A DNA stretch of 20,000 nucleotides from Ancylonema sp. Its lineage: Eukaryota. Below the pieces are notes generated by a model. It was not told where the DNA came from. It saw only the letters and a list, made by a program, of their open reading frames with translations, and did not search any database. Position numbers and translations under genes: made by a program. Shown one piece after another: positions 7,315 through 18,647 of this stretch; the first letter of the stretch is position 1, and every line of letters begins with the position of its first letter. The stretch lies in assembly GCA_050230475.1 (NCBI GenBank), contig JBFLGF010000178.1, forward strand, positions 51,006 through 71,005. Reading direction: 5' to 3'.

Positions 7315-10300
7315 GGTTTTACTATGTCATAACTTTGCAGTGCTACGTGATTACTTGCAGGATATGTGAACAAACAATTATCATAAATAGGATATTACGT
7401 TCGAACGAACTAGCTTGTAGCGAGTCTTGTTTACCGGTTTCATGCGCCTTGAAACCAAAATGGTATAAGTTATAAAATGTGTTATTTTTTTTTTTTTTTG
7501 GTTCCGTCCCAAAATGTTAATCTAGGCATGTTCTAATTTAAACAATTAAATGTTATGAGAAACAACTTATCCAATATTCTTGATGCTTTTGCTTCTGCTT
7601 GTGTGGGAATTTGAGTGGAGTTGGCCTAGATACGAGAGAGCCCCGATGTAAGAGATCCTCAAAAAAAATTTCATAAAAAGCCGGACATTTTTGTTGTACC
7701 CGGCCCATCTCCTGGCCACTCAAGCGGGGTGGGCTGCGGGTTGGTCGGGCTGGTTGGCCGACTCAGAGATGCCGATTCTAATAACGCTCTTCGTGATTAG
7801 GGGTATTTACGCCCTAATCAAAAAGTATAATAAGGGTACGCCGAGAAAACACCCATGAAAACCCGTAAATATATAGAAAGCTAATGAAGGGCCGATTTAG
7901 GGGTATATCCCCCCCCCAATAGTCAAATAAGTACCTTGATTGCAATGCCGAGGGGGCGGGGGGGGGATTCCTGAAGTCTCGGACCAAAACGTAGAGACAA
8001 GTTATCTGCCGCCATTGCGGATGGTCGGAGTGCACAACGGAAAACAATCGACGGCCTATGTGGAGCTCAATCGGGTAATGCCTAACATAAACTACGACAC
8101 AAAGACCTCAAGGATGGTGACCTTTCACCGGGGCGTACGGAATCGAGTCGCATCGGGAAGTCGGAATTGAGGCTTCCAAGATGAAATACCATCTTGCCAT
8201 ATTACTGCCCCGCTCTTCGAAACTCTCGGACGGGTGGGAGGGCTCTTGTCCCTCTACGAGAGGACTTCTCAATGGATGCCATGAAGAACAAGTGCCACTT
8301 AGAAGCTTTTTGCAAGGCATACGTTGTGGAAAGTAAAATAATGCCGATGTAAAACTATGAATAGTGCATCGGATTCACTATTGGGTTGGACATACGACCA
8401 TATTTGACACAATGCGAAGACCGGCTTGTACTCCAAACAACCTTCTCTCGTACATCCAAGAGTGGCCGATAGTTCGGCATCATTTGCATATCCTTCCCTC
8501 ATTCAGAGCTGACTGGTGATATCACGATCCCCGGACTCATCTTCGATCAAGAGGGTTTTGATACGGAAGCGAAAATTTGATTTGGCGAGCTCGCATTGGA
8601 AGGCGTAGCGGCAATTTATGAGGCATCTCCAAACACACTTGGCCCGTTGACAAAAATAAAGTATCGGAAACATTTGTGTCCACACTCGTAGTCCTAAATG
8701 ATGGATCTGGCGCCACTTAGTACGGAGACGATGGTGTATCGAGAATTGACATTGTTCGGACAATTTAAAAAATGGAATCAATATCCTTGCATATAAGTTA
8801 ACTAAGGCACGCCACAATTCTCCTTCACTTGTGATGACAAAATGTCACTGCATGTCCACCTTCGTGGTTGTAGATGAGGAATTAGTGTTGGTGTGTGGAG
8901 AAATGTGGGAATGTACTGTTTCTTTTGTGTAAATACGCAGTCAACGGTGTCATCAATCGTTTTTACTTTAATTCTCACCTTGGTCCTTATTTATTTCTTC
9001 TTTTCAGAGACCACACGCTAAAATTTATAACAACACGATGTTGACAAAATGTTAACTTGTTTTGTGATAGTATATTATACATGAATGATATTGTGAATGT
9101 TGTCGCATCAGGGCTCCTAAGAAGACGGCGAGTCTCGCTTTGTCTAATCCCGTTTTGAAAAGTTGCTTGAAACACATTAAATCCGTTGGAATGGCAAGAT
9201 TTTTAGGGGCACGATTGTGTTCAAAGCTATCGGAAGGCACAAAATCATGTTGACCTTAGCAATCTAGGGGTAATCCCTAATTGATATTTTGAGTTGATTG
9301 ACCCTCTTCAGAGCAACATAAGGCCTAAACTGCCATCCCTGCCTCCCAGGTTCGCTGCCCGTGGCCATGCAGTAACCGTGACCTGGCAATAAGAAACATG
9401 CAAACTTCTCAAGTTGCCCAACTTCTTGCCATTCTTCGTCGCTTCCCGCCGTAGTTGATTTGATCGGTGAGGCTCTTCGGACGCAATTTCTTATGTTTTG
9501 TTGCTATGGTATTGTACACCGCTCACGATGTCTGGGTATTAAACACACCCCGGAGCGTCATATCCCAGCGTTTTGTTAAACAGGTGGCAGGCAGGTGGAA
9601 GCATTGATGACTGCAGGGGCTTAGGTCGCTTCCTAGTTCATCCCCTGCTGCTCCGTCTCTGTCCCGTCCTAATTCAATAAATTGTGGCAAATGTCGGGCC
9701 GAACGCCACGTGGCAAAGGCAACAACGCCCTCTTGGCGGTGGCTCTGGCAGCATTCGCAGTTGGGGGACTCACATTCCCATTCATGCTCAAGTAAGCTCA
9801 GTTGCATGTTTAAAGTAATCAGGACCTAACAGATGCTTCAAAGCGAAACTGCTCCTTCATTGTGACTGGTTGAACTGCAGTATTCGTGGACATCAGCATT
9901 ACACAAACTGATTTGTGGTTGGTACTGCTTTCTGCGCGCCGAGCAGCCTATCGGCTCGCGCATCACGAGTAGCACGACTATGACAATGACTCCATAATTA
10001 CAGTCTCCCTCGTGGTAAAGACTCCCGTGGCAAAATAATATATTTCTCTAGATGATTAAGTCTTTTACACTCCAAAAGGGCCCCCAACCTGACGACTCAG
10101 TTGATATAACCGCGATTTTCCTCAACTTCATGTTGTCTTTATATCGAAGGAATATTGTATGCGGTTCTAGATTGTGAGGTCTCCACGTTTCTGTTTCCTT
10201 GTCGCAACACTGCAAGACCCTTCAAGTCGCTGCATTTTCACTCCCCACTTGGTCTGTTGCACTTGGTCTCACTTGCACTGACTTGCACTATTTGATTGAT

Positions 10301-10498
10301 TGATTGATTGTTTGTTTGTTTTATATACGGAGCACATTGCTACCGCATACATTCATCCTCTCTACAAACCCAGTCCCATTCCCGTGTAGTCTCACAAAAT
10401 AATGGTGGATTCCTTGTCCCTATATCCGGGTGGTGTCAGTGTAAAGAGGTGAAAAGTATAGAGTAGAGTAGTACATACTAAGCAATAAACTTCACTAA

Positions 10499-10685
10499 AC
10501 ACTCAAACCTCGAATAAAAAACCTAAAAAAATCGTAAAAAAGGTTTCTTATAGCGAATGTTTCTTATATATATATATGTATATATATCATATTTGAGTAA
10601 AAAAACTAAAAAAATAAAATGCAGAAGGGTTTCTTACAGCAAAGCGTTTCTTATAACGAAGTTTCTTGTATCGAGGTTTGGGTGT
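10499..10685. mobile_element. pogo/Tigger-like MITE
   Basis: TIRs ACACTCAAACCTCGA and TCGAGGTTTGGGTGT match 14/15, with TA at the right end and five GTTTCTT subterminal repeats. Confidence 0.7.
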
Positions 10686-11939
10686 ACCGGGGTTGTTACG
10701 GTTACGGATGTAACTTCAGCCGCGTCTGCCTTTCTTTTTCGATTTTTTTTATCTTCGCGCTTTGAGTCTTAACCGTGTCTACGCAGAAAGCAGGGACCGC
10801 TTGAAAGAAAAGAAGAACTACCATAGTAGTGTGGCAAAGAACACCCAAGGTGTTCCCAACATCGCAATTTTTTTTTTGGTCTGACCGCTGTGTGTATGGA
10901 GTCCCTCTGAGTCTTGTATTGCAGAGCCTCTCACCCACAACCTATCATCAACTCAAACAAACCTTTGAGTCCGGCTGCGGTTCAAAGAGGGCCTTACGTG
11001 AACAGAGGAAGCAAAGACCTCGGTCCCGATCCCACCCCATTGGATCAGTACAAGAAGTAGCAATCCGAAACAAGTACTTGTCTATGGCCCCTATGCAATA
11101 ATCTCAAGTTTCTTACCTTGCGCGAATGAAAGGGTGTTGGAAGCAGGTGGAGGACATGCAACCTACTTATAGGCACTAGGAAATGTAGTCATCCATGGCT
11201 CTTGTACACGTAAAAAAGCTTCGTTGACATGATCAATGGGAGAGGTAACATCGCAGAGTCGCCACTCAATACATTTCTTTTCTTTTCTGTAGAAGCCTCT
11301 TTTTCAACCACGCTTTGGTTTCCATTTTGATATGGTACGATAACATCCATCAAAGGAACCCACAAATGCTTCTTATTAGCGCAAGGTCACTAGTCAAATA
11401 TTTATCGTGTGTGACATGCCATGTATGCTTATGTTTGCTTTCGTGTGTATACTTGGCCGTCATTCTCTACATGTCATGACTTGTATGCACTCGTGAGTTG
11501 CCGAGAGTTGTGTTGAAAGAGTTAACACGTGGACTCAACAAATCAGCATGCAAACCGTCAGTATTTACACCTGCTGTTCTTTTTACATGTGCCAAACCAC
11601 ATGATAATGTAACTATTTAATGTATAACTATTCTTACATATTTAAGTAACCTAGATAGACCACTACAAAAAAGGTACACTATATTGTTCTCCTTGTATTC
11701 GGCCCTTGTCCGATCATAATTTTTCGATCTGATTCTCATTCGGACCCGATCCGCATCAGAATCCCGATCATTAGGTGAAAATATACAAGTAAATAAACGT
11801 TCTATCTTCTGCCAAGTATGGCATCAACCCCAAAATATGTTTTTTTTTTTTTTTTTTTTTTTTAATTAATTTATTTGCTCTTTCTTTCGTCTATAAACCT
11901 CCGTGTAATCTCGATGCTTCAAACCTCGATGTAAACTAG

Positions 11940-12521
11940 AAATATCATATTACCTGGTCTTATCGGGTACTCAATAAGGTACTCAATGATGATGCACCAC
12001 CATTCACCCTGGTTAACAAAGCCGGACAACTGCGTCGTGAACTACGGACACTTGTCTCCTACCCTGGTAGTTACCAATTCAAGTTTCAAGCGTACAACCA
12101 ACCAGACCCTGGCGTGCTTTACAACACGGCAACACGTGATTGGGAAGAAGCAAATATCTGGGAACGTGAACGACTTATGGGCTTTGACAATGGGGATACT
12201 TGTGCACGAGGCATTTCGGAAAACACTCGGAAGGCAATGCTAGGACGTACAATGGGTTGTAGCATGGCCAGGTGGCTTGGAGGCATTCTCATGGCTATCC
12301 ATGCACTCCCATCATATAACCTCGCGCAGAGCACACACCCCACCATGCCGACCAAGAAAAGGGGGGGGAGGCAAACTACCCTATTTCTCCACTATACCAC
12401 ACACTGCATTATGACTCTGACACCAGGGAGTTTTACAACAGCAGGGATAACCAGCATTTTACATCACCAGAGCAACACCAACTTGCTCAAGATGCAATTC
12501 CTACCACTCAAGCACTTTTGA
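11940..12521 (+). pseudogene. Remnant of a retroelement-type C5 cytosine DNA methyltransferase (target-recognition region plus motifs IX-X); catalytic N-terminal half missing
   Basis: A stop-free frame extends upstream of track ORF 12114: NDDAPPFTLVNKAGQLRRELRTLVSYPGSYQFK...PGVLYNTATRDWEEANIWERERLMGFDNGDTCARGISENTRKAMLGRTMGCSMARWL. ERERLMGF is motif IX-like and R..MLG..M is motif X-like. Confidence 0.75.
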
Positions 12522-12812
12522 GTGAAACCGATTACCAATCCACATCGGTATCGGATGACATTATATCAACAACTTTAACAAAGCACATTGCCATGATGTT
12601 TGAATGATGTTTTGAAGTGGGGTGCTGACCTTCTTACGACAAAGAGGATCTAATGTTTTGATTTCCTTACACCTTCCCCAACTCCTTCATATCCACATTG
12701 TTTTTTCTTCGAAAAACAAGATTTGGGTGACTAGCGCCCTTGCCAAATTTGTCCTAGATTCATGCACCCGAATTCTCCACCCCTGTCCGATTGGAATAAA
12801 ACTGACATATAT

Positions 12813-12855
12813 ATGTGTTGATAACAAATGTGTTGATAACAAATGTGTTGATAAC
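12813..12855. repeat. 15-bp tandem repeat (ATGTGTTGATAACAA) x2.9 downstream of the CCB1 stop
   Basis: Directly visible, with identical units. Confidence 0.95.
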
Positions 12856-13015
12856 TCTTTGAAACTCTCACTAGAACGCTTGAAGCCACACAAAATCACG
12901 TGACCAACGTGAATATCAAAATTCCTCAAAATAGCGTGACGGCAATAATAACGAAAAAACGCTAACAAGCGTTGTCGTAATCACAAAGACACCGCTCCGA
13001 ATCCAAATCCGAATC

Positions 13016-13199
13016 CTACTCCAACAACCCCTTGACATACACCATCCCCTTCTCCATGAGTCCAACCTCTTTCCTACACCTCTCCACCTCCTCGTGGTCC
13101 CCCTGGATCACCACGTCCGCTGTTTGCTCGTCATCCGCCACCACCATCTTCACATTGATCTGCTCCGTCCTCCAGGCCTTCGTCCAGTAGTAATACCCG
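13016..13199 (-). CDS. CCB1: CCB1 exon 4
   Basis: Acceptor TGTGCAG. Reads GYYYWTKAWRTEQINVKMVVADDEQTADVVIQGDHEEVERCRKEVGLMEKGMVYVKGLLE, stop TAG. Confidence 0.93.
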
Positions 13200-15232
13200 C
13201 TGCACAAGAAATGGGGGGAAAAAGGAATGCTTCATTTGGACGCGGAAATGGGCCTCCATTCAGGGCTGGCGGTTGATTTGGTGGGGCAAACGAAATCTAA
13301 CATTGACTACATCGATTGTTTTCTTATCGACTCAGGTGGACGTCTGGAAACTGAAAGGAAGTCGGGACATATGGTCAATGTGGAAAACATCAAAACCATT
13401 GAAATATGGAAAATATGGAAGATCTGGGAAAGATGGTTACTGCCGAAAATACAAACAGCAGCATGAGTCACAAACATAGCATCAAAGCCATTACCCATAG
13501 TAACAATGCAGTACAACAGACAAATACACAGTTCAGATGACTAACTAACAAACGGAACCACAGACCGCCGAAGATTCCCAGCCACACCTGCCAGCAAGAG
13601 ACACACAACCGCCCCGGTGCCGGGGGGGGGGGTGGGAGGGGGGGGGGGGGGGGGGGACTTACGACAGTGGGCTGAGCACCGTGATCCAGTACCAGTTCTG
13701 CCCCCCCTCCGGCAGCGTGATGGTGAGCACCAGCGCCACACTCGCCAGACTGAGGAGGGTGCAGAAGACGAGGAAGGAAGCCTGGCTGCGGCTGGGGGTG
13801 ATGGTGCCCTCGAAACTGGAGGGAGGGGGGAAAGGAGAGGGAAGGAAGGGGAGGGAATTGGGGAGACGGAAGAAAAGGAGGTGGAGTGCAGTTACAGACA
13901 CGGGACAGGTTGGGAGGATGGGTATCAGTGTGGTTATGGTGGGGCATGAAGGGGGGACCAGGATGCAGGTGAGAGGGTGATGGAGGTGTAGGTTGATGAG
14001 CGGGCTTTAACCACATTGTTGTTTGTAATAAATGAGGGTGTGCAGCAGAGGCGAGAGGAAAGGGAAATCTGTTAAACTTCAACCTCACAAGCCATTGGCT
14101 GGCTGACATGACCAAAAATGGCGGTTTGCAGGGGGGTGTGAGCTTTAGAGTAATAATTAGAGAGGATATGCTTCCATTTTTTTTTAGAGTAGACACGAGT
14201 AAGTACGATGTAGACAGCTCCAGCACAGATATAGAATTGCATGTTCAAGTTATCTGCGTTTGTGTGCAGGTGTTACATCCGAGGCGTATGTATTTTTTGG
14301 CGAGGCACATCATGCATCTGTGTCCACACATTAAAGAATATATCAGACGTCCATAAAATGATGTTTTCCCACTTTGGTTCCGTATGGATTTCGGATTTAT
14401 TTCCAAAATTGTCTCGAGGGCTTACGTCACCACTTCCCCCCTGTCTGCCACCCGATAGTTACTCCGCGTGAAAAAGGAAGTGATTTCGCCAGCCACCACG
14501 TTCAGCGCTTTCGCCTCGGGCACTTTGGGTCCGGCAATCACAAAAGTTTTCTTTACAAGCTGGAGAGGAAATTAAAATTCAAAATCCACATCCCAGATGT
14601 TAGTGACTGTATAACTACTGCCTCTATAATTATAAAAATACAGCGCAAAACAGGACGAATCTCAGTCGCCCCCATACGTATGCCTGACTACTTTGCCACA
14701 CGAACCTTCTTCGAGTGTTCTTTGCTCATGTCATTGCTCGACGGTTGCTGCATCTTCCAATTCTTAATTTATTTTCGACCCCACGCACCTTTGACTTGGT
14801 GGACCTCTTGACGAGAGACCATACTCCTGGTACCGAGAGGATAAACAGTCCTAAAGAGGTGTAATAACTTGCTTGCGAATAACCGGTGCCTTCTGCGAGA
14901 GCTGGAATCACTAGAGCTGCCGAGCTGTAAAGATGGAAGGGAGCTCCTCGAGACGATTCCAACTCGGCATGAGATTCTCCTAGGTGAGTGTTGGCTCCAT
15001 TTCTTTGATTTCGTTCTTCAGCTACCTCAGGTGTTGAAGAGACAATACTGTGGAGTTGGTCTGAAGGTGTGAACTGATTTGTTACCACTTTCCTCGATTT
15101 GAAGCGCACGGCACTAAACTGTGGCAAATGTTGTCGCTGATTCAGCGTTTTCAGGCTCAGATTTTCTGATCGGAATGAAACTGGCACTGGCACTACACAG
15201 GTTACAGGTGTGACTGACAAAAGAGACTCCAT
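13016..15232 (-). CDS. CCB1: Cofactor assembly of complex C subunit B CCB1 (DUF3529), chloroplast; 4 exons, 304 aa
   Basis: Exons 15232-14789, 14559-14426, 13815-13663 and 13199-13016 total 915 nt, all GT-AG and phase-consistent. Hallmark motifs: GYSQASYYTSLGLFILSVPGVWSLVKRSTKSK, FEGTITPSRSQASFLVFCT, LSPLSGYYYW, LMEKGMVYVKGLLE*. The N-terminus is Ser-rich and transit-peptide-like. Confidence 0.95.
13663..13815 (-). CDS. CCB1: CCB1 exon 3
   Basis: Acceptor CCTCCAG. Reads FEGTITPSRSQASFLVFCTLLSLASVALVLTITLPEGGQNWYWITVLSPLS. Donor TC|GTAAGT. Confidence 0.92.
14426..14559 (-). CDS. CCB1: CCB1 exon 2
   Basis: Acceptor TCTCCAG. Reads LVKKTFVIAGPKVPEAKALNVVAGEITSFFTRSNYRVADRGEVVT. Donor AC|GTAAGC. 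Confidence 0.92.
14789..15232 (-). CDS. CCB1: CCB1 exon 1
   Basis: ATG at 15232; donor AAG|GTGCGT, phase 0. Confidence 0.9.
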
Positions 15233-15844
15233 GTGTCGATGCTATCGCTAAGAGCAGACCCACGAGTGTATGAGAGAACGGAAACGAGTTTTCGTCTGAG
15301 TAGCCCCAGCCACCCACGTCACTTGGCAGAGCCAACACCGTATGGCTTTACCGCGGACGTGTGCGGCGCAAACCCAGCTTCGCGAACTGCAGCAGTGCCG
15401 CACTTGCACACTTTCTGGCGCATCGGGCAAAAGTGTCTACTTAAGTGGCTTGATAGGTGATGGCCACGTGGATTTCCGCTAGAGGCGCTATTAGCGGCGC
15501 TTTTTGAGGCGCTTTATAAAAATGGTCTGACAACCTGCGTGTGAAATTCACATGCTGAATGGTATCCGGAATTTACCCGGAATTTACTGAAGGGTATGAT
15601 TAGCAACTCCGGTCCCGATAGAGTCCGACTGATAGGGACAATAGATATACACATGGCGGGGATGTTATTAGTCGGGTCCAAAGTTACGAAGTCAACGTCA
15701 TATTTAGTGCTCAAACTGGTATAACATCAGCGATAACAGCGATACAGAAGAAATGTACCGAGTCCGTTTTTGTCTTTTTGTATAAGACAGAAAACGAGAG
15801 GCAAGAATCCAACCTTTTGCTCGAAATTTCAACAGTTTCGCCGA
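15233..15844. promoter_or_regulatory. Putative bidirectional promoter/5' UTR region with a G-box (GCCACGTGG, 15463-15471)
   Basis: 612 bp separate two head-to-head ATGs. There is a palindromic CACGTG, a CACGTC near 15315, and three GGCGCT repeats followed by TATAAAAA near 15516. Confidence 0.55.
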
Positions 15845-16687
15845 ATGGGCACTGAACCTGAGCGCGATTCGGCCAAGGAGGAAAACTCTGTCGATGTCGA
15901 GCATCCTGCAGGTCCGCCCCTCAGACCGGAGGAATTTAGGGAGTGGAAAGCGCAGAAGGTCAGTGCACGCCCATACTGTAGAACTGAGAGCACAACTGAT
16001 GGGACATTCTACTCAGCCCTTGTAACCTCTGAAGGTCTTCGACCGAATCCTTGCTGCCGGTGCTCATGCTGTTCAGCTCCTGTGCAGCATATTTTCTGTC
16101 TAGCTGCACAAGATTGGTACTGCTGCTACCTTGAAGATATCTGGTACATGCAGAAGCAAATGGCTCAAGTTTTCCTAGCTATGGAGGGTCTATGGAGGGT
16201 TTGCAGAGGATAAAGTAATTCATTCTGAGCGCTGTGGGACTGTAGTGGATAAATTCTCACCACATGAATACTTATTGGTGTCAAGCTAGGTCAAACTAGT
16301 AAATAGTCCATCAGAGATATGGAGGCATTTTTACCACAGGTCAGAATCGGTCGATTGAGATCTGTGTCTTCATTGGGAGTCAGCAACCACCTGGTAACGG
16401 AGTCAGCTGTGAATCGTGGCCTCTGATAAACCTTCAACGAAATCCGGTGGCATGCGAAAGAGAGCCTCCCCTTGAGGATCATTAGTATGAATGTTGATTG
16501 AAGCCTTCAAGATTACGTCGTTTTCGTGATTTCAACTCCGTAGGTTGCCGCTCAAGCTGCTGAATCAGCGGAAGCTGCCAGGAAACGCAACGAAGATATT
16601 GTTGCGGGTCGTGTGGCTATGAATGGTCGGGAACTTTTCGAGAGGGAGCCATGGGTGTTTGACGAAGCGAGATATGTGGAAACGTGA
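15845..16687 (+). CDS. Small (85 aa) stand-alone DFRP_C / ZC3H15-Tma46 C-terminal-domain-like protein; 2 exons (15845-15958, 16544-16687)
   Basis: Reads MGTEPERDSAKEENSVDVEHPAGPPLRPEEFREWKAQK|VAAQAAESAEAARKRNEDIVAGRVAMNGRELFEREPWVFDEARYVET*. Splice sites are AAG|GTCAGT...CCGTAG|GTT, phase 0. The F..WK and M(N/S)GRELF motifs are typical of DRG family regulatory protein C-termini. Confidence 0.8.
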
Positions 16688-17347
16688 CACGTGTCTCTCT
16701 ACAGTGCCGTAGTTGTTGGAGATGCTTGAAAGATCACTATATGAGGCTCAATTGAGTATGTTGGGAATGTAGGGACTTTACTTTCATGAACTTCACTGAA
16801 AACGTTGCATTGTACATTGTATTAGTCTTTGTGACTCAGGTTTCAACTTTGTAGAGTCGTGTGAATGTGAATATAATGTGAAAACCAATCTACCCACAGT
16901 TTGGCGTTGTGGAGAGTTTGTTTCTAGCAAGATAGAGTCTCCCTAGAGATGTCCCAAGAGATGCTACATTCGGACATTTGAAGATTAGAGACCCAATGAA
17001 AGCTAAAAGATACCAAACTCCATCTCATTATGATCTACTTCCGGGATTCTACTTCTTGTTGTGCACTACATGTAGATTTTTTTTCTTGCATCACTGTAGG
17101 ATCTTGTGTTGTGTTTTTTTGTGACATTGCTACGTGCACTTTAATTTTGTCAAATATAATTACAAAGATGAGAAATGGCAGTGAGCTCTCGACATCCTCT
17201 GCAACAACTAAGTCTGTGGGTGTACCATACTGTGCGCACTTAACAACTATGTGCACTTCGAAACGAATTATTTTATCAACGATTCGTAAAAATGGTTTCT
17301 TAAATTTAGTACTTTGAATGAGTTGTTCTGGCAATAATTCCGGGATA

Positions 17348-18165
17348 CCGTACTGGCCAGATTTAATGATCCGGAAATTAATTATTTTCTTTCGGTTGGG
17401 TCTTAAGTCCGGGTCATAAATATTAATTCCAAGGTCGCTTCTGGGGCCTTAAGTTCCCTAATCCCCGGTTTTTTTAGGAGGCCTGGGTTTGTATCTCGAG
17501 GTATTTTGAGGTCATCTATAGTTCAAAACAATTTAAGACTACCTGGTTACACATGCCACCCCTCCGTGAAAAAAGGCAAGGCATCATAAGAAAACAACGG
17601 CCCGTTTCAAAAAAACCATTTTAGTTCAACAAACCAATCACAATTGAACATATCCGCTGCGTACATAACTTGTTTACGCATGCGTACCCAACCATAATAT
17701 GGCCACTTTTACCTCGCAATTCATGAAAAGCCACAAAAGAAATGTACATTCATGTAGTTTGTATTTATTAACTTTTGTATTTTATTTTTTATTCGGTTTT
17801 TTTGTATTGAAGATGGGCGATTTTTTTTCCGTTTCGGCAGCCTAAACCTACACACGAAAAATAAAATCTGAGTTAATGGGGGTCGGTGGGGGGGCGTCAA
17901 GGGTATAAAGGGGCAAATTCAGGCCATAGAGGCCTAAATATAAGAAAACCGGTAAACTGATATTTAACGATCACGGTGTTCGGCATTTTAGGAGCTGATT
18001 TGACCGTTACCGGAGTGGGTTATAAGTGAATACATAGTCGCCCGGAAGAGGTGGGCGAATTGCTGGGGCCTAAAAACTATTTGCTCGGGGGTGGGCGGAA
18101 TGCTGGGTCTTTGGCTTATAATTTCGATCTCCAGAGGGGTGGGGCATTATATCTGGCCGGTACGG
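17348..18165. mobile_element. Non-autonomous Tc1/mariner-pogo-type DNA transposon (CCGTA-ended TIRs), about 820 bp
   Basis: TA-CCGTACTGGCCAGATTTAATG matches the reverse complement of CATTATATCTGGCCGGTACGG(G)-TA at 19/21. Internal GGTGGGCG.A.TGCTGGG repeats; no ORF. Confidence 0.75.
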
Positions 18166-18647
18166 GTACCTGCTTACATAATACCAAAAATCCAAATTTG
18201 TAATTCATTTCAATGATTCTACTTCCTGAGTAATTAGTAACAATGATTTATTTCGAGTTTCGATCAATATTTTGGTATCTTCAAGTGCGTAGAGTACGCT
18301 ATCTTTAGACTTGCCAAGAAAAGAGCTCCCTATCGTGTTTTCGTGATGCTCTCCATAGTTGGCCTTCACCACTTGCCTCTTGTGACGGGAGTGTTTTACC
18401 ACATTTCCTTGCATCTAGGTGGAAAGCACCGTCACTTCGGATGTCTCAGATAGACGGTGTGCTTTGAATCCCCATCACTTTTTCGGGGCAACTTTTTGTC
18501 ATCAAATTCATTCCTTAGTTGAGATTGTGACTATCAATGATTGCCATGAGTCATGTCGCATAGTAGCATACGACATGGGTCTAGCTTGCCTTACAGAGGA
18601 AGACAAAGTGGGCGATAGGGACATCTTACCCAACGTGCTTCGGTGAG

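Noticed and set aside
12813..12855. CRISPR-like array
   Set aside because: Contiguous 15-bp units with no spacers, in a eukaryotic context.
13468..14226. 252-aa minus-strand ORF
   Set aside because: It spans CCB1 introns and exon 3 in the wrong frame and is low complexity.
15770..16213. 147-aa single-exon ORF as the real gene
   Set aside because: Family resemblance stops at the GTCAGT donor (15959) and resumes at 16544; the rest is intron read-through.
17030..17334. Overlapping 95-99 aa ORFs on both strands
   Set aside because: No recognisable motif or splice context; AT-rich intergenic DNA.
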